Source of the DNA: Gemmata obscuriglobus
Lineage (GTDB): Bacteria > Planctomycetota > Planctomycetia > Gemmatales > Gemmataceae
Reading direction: 5' to 3'
Length of the DNA: 32,000 nt
Assembly (NCBI RefSeq): GCF_008065095.1
Contig: NZ_CP042911.1
Span: forward strand, 4,050,001 to 4,082,000
In this document: one piece after another, positions 1-7,997 of the stretch
Layout of the letters: every line of letters starts with the position of its first letter
How positions within the stretch are numbered: position 1 is the first letter of the stretch
Position numbers and translations under genes: made by a program
Notes under the pieces: generated by a model
Seen by the model: the letters and a program-made list of their open reading frames with translations, nothing else
Database searches by the model: none
What the model was told of the DNA's origin: nothing

Positions 1-269
1 CCCCAAGCTAGCTCTGTATTTATAAAAGCTCGGTCTCGGACCGTCAACAGTGCGGCTAAGTTCTTTGAAAAGTGGCCACGCCACGGTTTGTAATGGACCT
101 TGGGACCGCCGGCGGGGAAAATGGAAACGCGGGTCGATTTCGCCGCAACTGTTGTGTGGGGCGAGTTATGAGCACACCGCGTTTCACGGCTGAGGAGTTG
201 GACCGCCTGCGGGCACTGGCCTCGGAGTGGGGCAAAATCGTCTCCAAGCGAGCGTTCGGGGAGGACGGG

Positions 270-1494
270 CAGGGCTACGCACGGATTGGTGTTGGGTAAG
301 TTGCGGCGTGTGGGTATGTGCGGCTCCTCATTTTAGGAGCGGCACACATGGCCCGGTCCCTGGTCGAGCGTTTGGCGGAGTTACCGGACCCGCGGAGCCG
401 TCACGGTCGCCAGTATCCGCTGGTCGGGCTATTGACCTTGTGCCTGGTGGCGGTGATGGGCGGGCACACCACGCCCGAGGCCCTCTCGCAGTTCGGTCGG
501 CTGCGGCAGAAGCGGTTGAGCCACACGCTCGGGTTCCAGAACGGCGACATGCCGTGCGCCAACACGATTGCCGGGTTACTTCGGAAGCTGGACCCGGACC
601 ACCTGGACCGGATCATCGGTGCATGGCTCGCGGACCGGCACCCGGACGGGTGGGAGCACCTCGCGTTGGACGGCAAGCGGTTGCGCGGGTCCCGAGACGG
701 CGAGGTGCCCGGCGCGCACCTGCTGGCCGCGTATGCCCCGGGTGCCGCGGCGGTGGTCGCCCAAATGACGGTCGAGGCCACGACCAACGAACATAAGGCG
801 GCGCTCCGGTTGCTGGGCGTATGGCCCCCGCTCGGCCGAACCGTAATCACTGGGGACGCCATCTTCACCCAACCGGACGTGTGTGTCGCAGTGCAACAGA
901 AGGGTGGGGACTACATCTTGTATGCCAAGAGCAACCCGAGCACCTTGCGGGCGGACGTGGATACCGCGTTCGCCGCCACCGGTGGGGCGGCTTTCCCCCC
1001 CCCCGGCGGGCAGCGCTAGTGGGATCGAGATGTGGACACGGCGCGTGAGGTGAGCAATGGGCACGGGCGAGTCGAGCGGCGCACCATGACCAGCACCACA
1101 TGGCTCAACGAGTACTTGACCCGGTGGCCCGGGGTGCAGCAGGTGTTCCGGCTCGAGCGCCGGCGCCGGGTCGGTGGGAAAGCAACGGTGGAGGTGGTGT
1201 ACGGGATCTCCAGTCTGAGCCCGGTGGCCGCGCCCGCGGATGTGCTGCTGCGGTACACGCGGGCGCACTGGGGTATCGAAGCCCGGCACCATGTCCGCGA
1301 CGTGACTTTGTGCGCGGACCGGTGCCGGGTGTGCCACGGGACCGAACCGCGGGTGCTGGCGTCGCTACGGAACGTCTCCATGTACCTCCTACGGCGGCTC
1401 CGGTACCGTCGCCGCGGCCGTTCGGGACGTCGTTGCACGACCCGAGTTCGTGTTCGACGTGCTACATCAGCCAGATTCAATTTGATTAGCCCTG
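270..1494 (+). mobile_element. ISAs1-family insertion sequence, degenerate copy (boundaries tentative)
   Basis: CAGGGCTA at 270-277 is matched by its reverse complement at 1487-1494. The 1225-bp unit encloses an ISAs1-type transposase frame. No target duplication is visible. An 8-bp terminal match alone is weak evidence. Confidence 0.5.
348..1485 (+). pseudogene. ISAs1-family (H-repeat type DDE) transposase, inactivated
   Basis: N-terminus MARSLVERLAELPDPRSRHGRQYPL, then TGDAIFTQ, GHGRVERR and HWGIE motifs typical of ISAs1 transposases. In-frame TAG at 1017-1019, with similarity continuing in the same frame. The expected C-terminus GTVAAAVRDVVARPEFVFDVLHQPDSI (stop 1483-1485) is in a different frame from about 1402, implying an indel near 1396-1402. 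Confidence 0.8.
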
Positions 1495-1733
1495 TCCCGA
1501 CTCCGACGTTGCTTGATGGTTCCGGTTGTTCGGTCGCACCGGTGCGCACGCCGGAGGATGGATGTCGGGCCAGAACTTGGAAGAGGTCTCGCCGCTCACG
1601 GCGAGACCCCGGAACCGTTGAGGATGAAAACGCGGCCGAAATCGACTCGCGGAATGCACTTGGACAAACGAAGTCCGCAAACGGAGTGATATGCTCAAAT
1701 TGACAGGCAATAGTCTCGTGCCTCCGCGAATCG

Positions 1734-1758
1734 CTGAGCTCGACTGATGCCGAATCTG
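1734..1758. repeat. Terminal inverted repeat of IS701-like element (transposase-distal end)
   Basis: CTGAGCTCGACTGATGCCGAATCTG matches the reverse complement of 4440-4464 at 22/25 positions. Confidence 0.65.
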
Positions 1759-1764
1759 TGACGC

Positions 1765-2913
1765 TTATCCGGCGGGTGCGAGCGTGGTAAGCAAGAGCTC
1801 GCGTACGGGCTCCGGGAGTTTATCACGACCCATGGTTTGCCCGGCCTGTGGCAAAAGTGCCTCGGCCCAGAGCCACTGCCGGACCGCCGCCAACGCATCG
1901 GAGAAGGTTGTGACGGTCTTGCCCGGCCATTCCACGGCCCCGGTTCGCTTCGATGCGGGCAGGGTGTGGAACAGGACGGCCACCACGGTGTACAACCCGA
2001 ACAGGCACGGGGCCGCCCGCAACACGGTCTTCTCGCGCCACCCGCGGGTCGTCTCCAGGCCCAGTTCCGCGCGCATCTCTTGGAACGTGGTCTCAATATT
2101 CCAACGGCCGCAGTAGATCGCGATGACCGCCGACACGGTCAGGCCGAGGTCCGTGGTGAAGAAGTACTCGTCCCGGTGTGTGCCCGTCGTGTCCCGGACG
2201 AATACCCAGCGGATCGGCACCAGGCCGTGACCCGCTTTATACCAGTACCCGGTTCCGGTGAGCGTATCGACCTGCCTCTGGCCGCCCCCGTACCATCCCA
2301 CCTTCAACGGGGCCAACGCCGGGGCCGCATCGACCACCTGACGCGGCTTGGGCACGGGCGCGCCCTTGACCCGAGGCCGGCCGTGGCCCGAGTACGGGGG
2401 CGGGGGCTCGAACAGGTTGGCCTTGGGGTGCAACTTGCTCACCAGGGTGAGTCGGTCCCGGTGACGCTGGGCGAACCGGGCGACCTCATGGGTCCCGTAC
2501 CCGGCATCCCCGGCCAATACGAACGTGCGGTTCGGGAATCGGATCAGCAGGGCCCGCACGAGCACGCACATGATCCGCGCCGGTGTCCGGTGCGGCCGGT
2601 TCCGCTTACGGTCGTCTTCTTGAGACCGGTACAGGTCGATGAGAATGGGCAGCGCCCACGGGCGGGTGGCGAACGGGAACTTGACGAGCACGGCGAGCAC
2701 CACCCACTTGTGCCCGTACCGCCACGCGGTGTAGGCGTGGGACGATCGTACGGGGTCGCGGTGCCGGGCCTTGCCGTACACGCACCGACCCGGGTGCCCA
2801 TCGATCGTGTCGTCGCCGACCAGCATCACGGGGCCCGCAGGGACCACGTGGTCCAGCAGGAACCGCATCACGGCGCACCCAACCGCGAGCCCGGACCACG
2901 GCGCGCGTGAGAG
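1765..2913 (-). pseudogene. IS701-like DDE transposase, C-terminal portion (split by IS3 insertion)
   Basis: Contains ...SRAPWSGLAVGCAV MRFLLDHV..., LAGDAGYG, and YCGRWNIETTFQEMR (the YREK-type region of IS4/IS701 transposases). The reading frame continues up to the IS3 boundary at 2913. Confidence 0.75.
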
Positions 2914-2940
2914 TGGAGTTCCCCACGAAAAGTGGACAGC
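2914..2940. repeat. IS3-family terminal inverted repeat (orfB end)
   Basis: TGGAGTTCCCCACGAAAAGTGGACAGC matches the reverse complement of 4152-4178 (TGAAGTTCCCCACGAATGGTGGACAGC) at 24/27 positions. Confidence 0.85.
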
Positions 2941-2942
2941 TT

Positions 2943-3983
2943 TTAGCGGTGGGTTCGGTTATACGTTCGTTCGTACTCGTCTGGGGCAACGTCGCCCAGA
3001 GCGGAGTGCCGTCGAACCCGGTTGTAGAACGTCTCGATGTACTCGAAGATGCTCGCCTTGGCCTGGTCCCGCGTGGCGTAGTCCTCGTGGTGAACGAGCT
3101 CCTTCTTCAGGCTGGCGAAGAACGATTCCATCGGCGCGTTGTCCCAGCACTGCCCGACCCCACTCATACTGCATGTGATCCGCTCCTCTCGGAGCCGGCG
3201 CTGGTAATGCTCGCTCGCGTACTGGCTCCCGCGATCCGAATGCGTGAGCCGAGAAGACCCCAGGAGAGTGGGGCGGCGGTGAAGCGCCATCTCCAGCGCG
3301 TCTACCACCAGCCGGCTGGTCATCGTCTGATCCATCGACCAACCCACGATCCTCCGGCTGAACAGATCCTCGACGGCCGCCAGGTACAGCCACCCCTCGC
3401 GGGTCGGGATGTAGGTGATGTCCGCGACCCACACGGCATTCGGCTGGTCCGGGTCGAACGCCCGAGCCGGCACGTTCTCGGCCACCGGCATCGCGTGGTT
3501 CGAGTCCGTCGTCTGTCGGAACTTCCGCTTGGTTTTCGCGGCGATTCCGGCCTCCCGCATGAGCTCGGCCACGAAGTTCACGCAGCACTCCTGGCCCCGT
3601 GCAACCAACTCGGCGTGGATGCGCGGGCTCCCGTAACGGCCCTTCACCTCGGCGTGGATCGCCTTCACCTCGTCGATCAGTTGCTCGCGCCGCGTGTCGG
3701 CGGCACTCGGCTCGCGCGAGCGCCACGCGTAGAACCCGGACCGCGACACGCCCAACACCCGGCACATGAGCACAATCGGCCATTCGCTCTTGCGTCCCTC
3801 GATCCAGGCGAAGATCAGTTCGACTGGTTGGCGAAGAACGCCGCCGCTTTTTTTAGGATGTCGCGCTCCATCTCCAGCCGCTTGACCTCGGCTCGGAGCT
3901 TGCGGATCTCTTCCTCTTGAGGCGTCTGGTGCCCCGAACCGGGGAACGCGTCCGCGCCCTTGTGGGCATGCGCCTTCTTCCAC
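2943..3983 (-). CDS. IS3-family transposase OrfB (DDE integrase core; expressed as an OrfAB fusion by -1 frameshift)
   Basis: DDE triad contexts are WVADITYIPT, HSDRGSQYAS and NAPMESFFASLKKE. The -1 frame relative to orfA overlaps it. The functional part starts at the slippery site near 3854. Confidence 0.9.
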   Translation of the reverse strand: MEEGACPQGRGRVPRFGAPDASRGRDPQAPSRGQAAGDGARHPKKSGGVLRQPVELIFAWIEGRKSEWPIVLMCRVLGVSRSGFYAWRSREPSAADTRREQLIDEVKAIHAEVKGRYGSPRIHAELVARGQECCVNFVAELMREAGIAAKTKRKFRQTTDSNHAMPVAENVPARAFDPDQPNAVWVADITYIPTREGWLYLAAVEDLFSRRIVGWSMDQTMTSRLVVDALEMALHRRPTLLGSSRLTHSDRGSQYASEHYQRRLREERITCSMSGVGQCWDNAPMESFFASLKKELVHHEDYATRDQAKASIFEYIETFYNRVRRHSALGDVAPDEYERTYNRTHR

Positions 3984-4111
3984 GTGTGCAACAGGTTCTC
4001 ACTGATCCCGAGCCGCCGTGCGACCTCGGCAACGGACAGCTTCTGCTCGGTGATCATCTTCACCGCCGAGAGCTTGAACTCCGCCGTGTGGACCTTGCGC
4101 TTGCCAGCCAT
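3815..4111 (-). CDS. IS3-family transposase OrfA (HTH DNA-binding subunit)
   Basis: 98 aa: MAGKRKVHTAEFKLSAVKMITEQKLSVAEVARRLGISENLLHTWKK..., followed by a leucine-zipper-like LRAEVKRLEMERDILKKAAAFF. This is the classic IS3 OrfA. Confidence 0.9.
   Translation of the reverse strand: MAGKRKVHTAEFKLSAVKMITEQKLSVAEVARRLGISENLLHTWKKAHAHKGADAFPGSGHQTPQEEEIRKLRAEVKRLEMERDILKKAAAFFANQSN
3848..3854 (-). promoter_or_regulatory. Programmed -1 ribosomal frameshift site of the IS3 element
   Basis: The minus strand reads CTA AAA AAA GCG (A7 then G) inside the orfA/orfB overlap. A shift yields ...DILKK-SGGVLRQPVELIFAW..., continuous with OrfB. Confidence 0.75.
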
Positions 4112-4151
4112 CGGTGTGTCTCCTGGTGATCCGAGTTTACACCGCTTTCCG

Positions 4152-4178
4152 GCTGTCCACCATTCGTGGGGAACTTCA
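4152..4178. repeat. IS3-family terminal inverted repeat (orfA end)
   Basis: Partner of 2914-2940. Confidence 0.85.
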
Positions 4179-4370
4179 GAGCACCCGTTGGTAATCGGTC
4201 CGGTGCCCCGGTGCCAGGTGCCGGAGCGTGCGCAACAGGTTGGCCACGGTCCGTCGCCCGGTCGTGACCAGGGCCCCGACCAGGAGCGTCGAGAACCGTT
4301 GGTATGTGGGGTTGGTGAAATGCAGCGCCAGAACCTGCACCAGGTCGTGCGCCTCGGGTGGTAGAATCAT
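4179..4370 (-). pseudogene. IS701-like DDE transposase, N-terminal 64 codons (split by IS3 insertion)
   Basis: MILPPEAHDLVQVLALHFTNPTYQRFSTLLVGALVTTGRRTVANLLRTL...DYQRVL is a typical IS701-family N-terminus. It joins in frame to 2910 downward (SRAPWSGL...) once the IS3 and one GAG copy are removed. Confidence 0.75.
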
Positions 4371-4439
4371 GGCAGCCGTCCGTGAGCGAGGGCCATGGGA
4401 GCTTCAGCAACCCTCATGTTACCTCACCACGGACGGCCC

Positions 4440-4464
4440 CAGAATCGGCATCCGTCGAGCTGAG
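4440..4464. repeat. Terminal inverted repeat of IS701-like element (transposase-proximal end)
   Basis: CAGAATCGGCATCCGTCGAGCTGAG is the partner of 1734-1758. It ends 5 bp from the stop codon of the neighbouring sulfotransferase gene. Confidence 0.65.
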
Positions 4465-4469
4465 GGCCG

Positions 4470-5612
4470 CTATTCGTACCCGTAACGCCGGATCACGTCG
4501 CCCCAGCGCTCCGCGATCAGAGCCTGCTGCGCATCCGTCAAGGTGAACTTGTTCCGCTCGTAGTTCGCGTTCTGACGCTGGTACTCTTCAATTTTGGGCC
4601 GCACCGCTTCGTACCCGCCGATCTCTAACGTCGTGTAGACCTGCTCCAGTGCGGCGACCGGCTCGCGAACGAGGTCCTCGTACCGCAGTTCGGCGAACTG
4701 GCCCGGCTTGAAGAGCGGGCGGGCCTCGTCGAGCCGGTCGTAAATTACGCGGAACTCGCGCAGCACCTTCTCTTCGAGTCCGGGAAACGTCGGGCGCTGG
4801 AGCCCGTGGCCCCGCGCGAGCGTTTTCCAGAGGTTCACGGTCGAGGGGAACACTGCCCGCGGGTCGCGGACGATGTGAACGAATTTCGCGTCCGGGAACA
4901 CGTCGAGCAGGACCGGGACGCGGGCCGTGTGCGGCGGCGACTTCAGCACGAGCCGCTTCCCGCCGATCCGCACGGTCACCTCTTGGAGGAACCGCACGAA
5001 CACCCGCTTCCAGCGCGCCAGTTGCTTCGGCGTGAGCCCCGACAGGTCCAGCGCGCCGCGGTCCTTCGGCTCACGGTCCGGGAACGCGAAATCCGTGTAC
5101 GTGGTCGGCAGCCCCAGCAGGGCGAGGGCGAACTCGTCTTCCTGCGGGCGCTCCCAGCCGAACGGCATGTTGTCCATCGGCCGCTTGTCCGGCAGCAGCC
5201 AGCTCGCGTACCGCTTGAACAACTGGTTGGTGAGCAGCGCGTGTTGGGGGTTGAAGCAGTCCTGCATGTCCGGGAACCCGAACCGGGTGTCCCGGATCAG
5301 GAGTTCGTGCAGCAGCGTCGTGCCGGTGCGCCAGTGCCCGATCACGAAGATCGGCGGTTCGAGCTTGGTTTCCCGCACGCGGTTGCCGTGCGCGGCGTTA
5401 AGGCACCAACGCAAAACGGTGTTGGTCACCGAGTTGGCCGACACGATGGCCGCGATGTACCAGTAGGGCGGCTGGACGGCGTAGCCGTTGTCCTTGAGCA
5501 GCCGCAACCAGGTGAAGAGGTCGCACCCTTCCCAGAGCCGCGGTGCCCATTCGCGCTTGTGCGCTTTCCTCGGGGGCAGGGCAACAGTGTCCGTGGCCGC
5601 GGTCGTCGGCAT
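4470..5612 (-). CDS. Sulfotransferase family protein (PAPS-dependent)
   Basis: 380 aa. GHWRTGTTLLHELL is a 5'-PSB P-loop-like motif. VHIVRDPRAVFPS is a 3'-PB-like motif. A strong SD (AAGGAGGAACCGGATG) precedes the start. Confidence 0.8.
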   Translation of the reverse strand: MPTTAATDTVALPPRKAHKREWAPRLWEGCDLFTWLRLLKDNGYAVQPPYWYIAAIVSANSVTNTVLRWCLNAAHGNRVRETKLEPPIFVIGHWRTGTTLLHELLIRDTRFGFPDMQDCFNPQHALLTNQLFKRYASWLLPDKRPMDNMPFGWERPQEDEFALALLGLPTTYTDFAFPDREPKDRGALDLSGLTPKQLARWKRVFVRFLQEVTVRIGGKRLVLKSPPHTARVPVLLDVFPDAKFVHIVRDPRAVFPSTVNLWKTLARGHGLQRPTFPGLEEKVLREFRVIYDRLDEARPLFKPGQFAELRYEDLVREPVAALEQVYTTLEIGGYEAVRPKIEEYQRQNANYERNKFTLTDAQQALIAERWGDVIRRYGYE

Positions 5613-5765
5613 CCGGTTCCTCCTTGCGCGGTTCGGATGTACTCAAGTGAACGGATTCGCGCGGGTGCGGCAAGCCCCCGCGGTGCGCCGTTGCGGTGCC
5701 TCCGCGATTGTTCGATCCCGCGGTTCCGGATACAGTCGGAGTAGAGCCCCAGACAGGATGTGGTA

Positions 5766-7610
5766 ATGGCGAAGTCGAAGCCGACAGAACACGCCCCCGA
5801 CGACACGCCCGCGTACACCGTGGTCGCGCGCCGGTACCGGCCGCAACAGTTCTCCGAACTGATCGGGCAGGAGCACGTCGCCGGCGCCCTCGTGAACGCG
5901 CTGAAGTCGGGCCGGGTCGCTCACGCGTACCTCTTCACCGGGGCGCGCGGCGTCGGCAAGACCAGCGCCGCGCGTATTCTGGCCAAAGCCCTGAACTGCT
6001 TGAAGACCGATAAGGCCACGCCAACCCCTTGCGACGAGTGCGACAGTTGCCGCGCCGTCATGACCGGCGACGACGTGGACGTGCTCGAGATCGACGGCGC
6101 CAGCAACAACAAGGTCGAAGAGGTCCGCGACCTGCGCCAGAACGTCGGCTTCCGGCCCGCCCGGGGGCGGTACAAGATTTACATCATCGACGAAGTCCAC
6201 ATGCTCTCCACGTCGGCGTTCAACGCGCTGCTCAAAACGCTGGAGGAGCCGCCCGAACACGTCAAGTTCATCCTCGCGACCACCGAGGTGCAGAAGATCC
6301 CGATCACGATCCTGTCTCGGTGCCAGCGGTTCGATTTCGCACACGTCGGCCCCGGCAAGATCTTCGAGCAGCTCAAGCGAATCGTGGAGCGGGAAGGGCA
6401 CCAGGCCGATGACGACGCCCTGCGGCTCGTCGCGCGCCGGGCCGCCGGCTCGATGCGCGACTCGCAGTCGCTGCTCGATCAGCTCCTCGCCTCGTCGAGC
6501 GGAACGCTGACCGCGGGGCAGGTGACCGCGGTGCTCGGCACCGCCGGCGACGATCGCGTGATCGAACTGGCCAAGGCGATCCTGGCCAACGACCCGAAAA
6601 CGGCCCTCGACCGTATCGCGGAATGGGTCGAACGCGGCTTGCAGATCGGGGAACTGATCGACCAGGTGGTGGAATACTGGCGGGCGCTGATGCTGGTGAG
6701 CTGCGGCGGCCCCGACGTGCGTGAGCTGCCCGTTTCCCCCAACCAGCACGAGGCGATTCGTACTCAAGCGAAGGCGGTTTCGCTCGATACTGTCCTTGCG
6801 GGTCTGGAAATCCTCACGGCGACAAAAGCTCGAATGCGAGGCACCCCGCACGTCCAGGTGCTGCTCGAAATGGCGGTGGTGCGGCTGTGTCGTCTCCCCG
6901 ATTTGCGCTCGCTCTCGCAACTGGTGCAAGCCGTTTCGCAACCGGGGGTACAGTTCGTTGCAAGTGCCGCTTCCAACGGCAATCCTCCGCCGGCACGCCC
7001 GCAGCCCACACCCGCCGCGCCACTGGCGAGCGAGGCGGCAAAAAAAAACGGGACACCGGCGACGGCGGGGCGCCCGAGTGAAAACGGCTCTAGTTCTGTC
7101 CCTGCCGAAGTTACAGCGACGCCGCTGAGCGATGCGACCGTTCAGACCGTTTGGGATCGTTTCTTCCGCTACGCAACCGAGAAGTATCCTATCCTGTCTC
7201 AGCACTTGAGATATGCAAGTTCATATGCAATTTTTGGGCCAAATGCCCTGGCGGTCCGTTTTCCGACAAGCTATGCTAATGCCAAGAAGGAATGCGAGGG
7301 CGAAGCGAGCCTCGCGCGGTTTCAGGACGCTCTGAAACGGGTCACCGGGCAACCGGTCTCGATCCGGTTCGAACTCGATCGCAGTCCGAACGCTCAGCCG
7401 CTCGCCGGACCGCAGTCGGCCGCCGTTGCCGCGCCAACCGAACGTAAACGCTCGCTCGGATCGCTCCCGATGTTCAAGAAGGCGCACGAAGTGTTCGGCG
7501 CCCAGATCTGGCACGTGGACGACGACTTCAACCCGGCGGCGGTCCACAAGCCCGCCGCCCCGAAGATCGACGACGACGAAGAAGAAGAGACCGCCACCGA
7601 AGAGGTCTGA
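5766..7610 (+). CDS. dnaX: DNA polymerase III subunit tau/gamma
   Basis: YRPQQFSELIGQEHV, Walker A GARGVGKTS, zinc module CDECDSCRAV, DEVHML, and sensor SRCQRF. A GTG at 5760 is an alternative start. Confidence 0.95.
   Translation: MAKSKPTEHAPDDTPAYTVVARRYRPQQFSELIGQEHVAGALVNALKSGRVAHAYLFTGARGVGKTSAARILAKALNCLKTDKATPTPCDECDSCRAVMTGDDVDVLEIDGASNNKVEEVRDLRQNVGFRPARGRYKIYIIDEVHMLSTSAFNALLKTLEEPPEHVKFILATTEVQKIPITILSRCQRFDFAHVGPGKIFEQLKRIVEREGHQADDDALRLVARRAAGSMRDSQSLLDQLLASSSGTLTAGQVTAVLGTAGDDRVIELAKAILANDPKTALDRIAEWVERGLQIGELIDQVVEYWRALMLVSCGGPDVRELPVSPNQHEAIRTQAKAVSLDTVLAGLEILTATKARMRGTPHVQVLLEMAVVRLCRLPDLRSLSQLVQAVSQPGVQFVASAASNGNPPPARPQPTPAAPLASEAAKKNGTPATAGRPSENGSSSVPAEVTATPLSDATVQTVWDRFFRYATEKYPILSQHLRYASSYAIFGPNALAVRFPTSYANAKKECEGEASLARFQDALKRVTGQPVSIRFELDRSPNAQPLAGPQSAAVAAPTERKRSLGSLPMFKKAHEVFGAQIWHVDDDFNPAAVHKPAAPKIDDDEEEETATEEV
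7040..7048 (+). other. A9 homopolymer inside dnaX (candidate recoding/slippage site)
   Basis: GCA AAA AAA AAC in the zero frame. It is the longest A run I noted in this GC-rich window. The -1 frame stops at TGA 7079-7081 and the +1 frame at 7126-7128. Confidence 0.4.
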
Positions 7611-7612
7611 CC

Positions 7613-7966
7613 ATGTTTAAGGGACTCGGCGCGATGATGAGCCTCCTGGGCAACCAGGGGAAGATTCAGGAAGAGGTTCAGAAGTTCCAAACCCAGGTGG
7701 GCCAGATCACCGCGGAAGCGTCGTCGGGCGCCGGGTACGTCACCGTGAAGGTGAACGGCAAGATGGAGGTGCTGAGCGTCCGCATCTCCGAAGAGGCGAT
7801 GAAGCTCAACGACCGCGAGATGCTCGAAGATCTGATCTCCGCCGCGACCAACCAGGCGCTCACGAAAGTACGCCAGCAGTTGGCCGAGGAGAGCGCAAAG
7901 ATGGCGGCCAACATCGGGCTGCCGCCCGGGATGCTCGGCGGCGGGTTCCCCGGGCTCGGCGGGTGA
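7613..7966 (+). CDS. ybaB: Nucleoid-associated protein YbaB/EbfC family
   Basis: 117 aa. Has MFKGLG...QEEVQKFQ...GAGYVTVKVNGKMEVLSVRISEEAM...DREMLEDLISAATNQAL. Sits in the canonical position between dnaX and recR. Confidence 0.9.
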   Translation: MFKGLGAMMSLLGNQGKIQEEVQKFQTQVGQITAEASSGAGYVTVKVNGKMEVLSVRISEEAMKLNDREMLEDLISAATNQALTKVRQQLAEESAKMAANIGLPPGMLGGGFPGLGG

Positions 7967-7997
7967 GTTCGGTCCCGCCCCTTGCGGAGGTCCACTC

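Larger units (their letters stand above)
2914..4178 (-). mobile_element. IS3-family insertion sequence, apparently intact
   Basis: 1265 bp. It has 27-bp imperfect IRs (24/27) with TG...CA termini, overlapping orfA/orfB with an A7G slippery site, and a flanking 3-bp direct repeat GAG (2911-2913 and 4179-4181). Confidence 0.85.
1734..4464 (-). mobile_element. IS701-like (IS4 superfamily) insertion sequence, disrupted by a nested IS3-family element
   Basis: 25-bp terminal inverted repeats at 1734-1758 and 4440-4464 (22/25 identical) bracket the two halves of one DDE transposase gene. No clear target duplication. Confidence 0.65.

Noticed and set aside
72-299. 75-aa ORF (internal ATG at 168: MSTPRFTAEELDRLRALASEWGKIVSKRAFGEDG...) that vaguely recalls the N-terminus of some transposases.
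   Set aside because: I cannot verify the family from memory. It appears truncated by the ISAs1 element at 269/270, and no continuation is readable after 1494 in any frame. It is mentioned only as a possible gene remnant.
1017-1019. The in-frame TAG in the ISAs1 transposase as possible programmed readthrough or pyrrolysine.
   Set aside because: The same gene also carries a frameshift, so simple decay is the economical explanation. No pyl genes or PYLIS-like context are visible.
1585-1608. Perfect 10-bp hairpin GGTCTCGCCG-ctca-CGGCGAGACC between the ISAs1 and IS701-like elements.
   Set aside because: The structure is real, but it sits in scrambled inter-IS DNA with no adjacent intact gene. 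No functional assignment is possible, and it is not repeated elsewhere in the window.
5613-5765. Looked for an SRP (4.5S/ffs) RNA gene upstream of dnaX, a common arrangement in other bacteria.
   Set aside because: Neither strand contains the conserved domain IV core (the GGAA tetraloop context with AGCAGC-type symmetric loop sequences). The region is just a 153-bp divergent promoter gap.
5643-7205. Long ORFs antisense or out of frame to recognised genes: 520 aa (5643-7205 -), 539 aa (11625-13244 -), 722 aa (29224-31392 -), 337 aa (2907-3920 +), 499 aa (22358-23857 -), 425 aa (23896-25173 +), 312 aa (20019-20957 -), 411 aa (11081-12316 -), and others.
   Set aside because: These are typical shadow ORFs of a high-GC genome. 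They are Arg/Pro/Gly/Ala-rich junk translations with no motifs, and each overlaps a gene with unmistakable family signatures on the other strand or frame.
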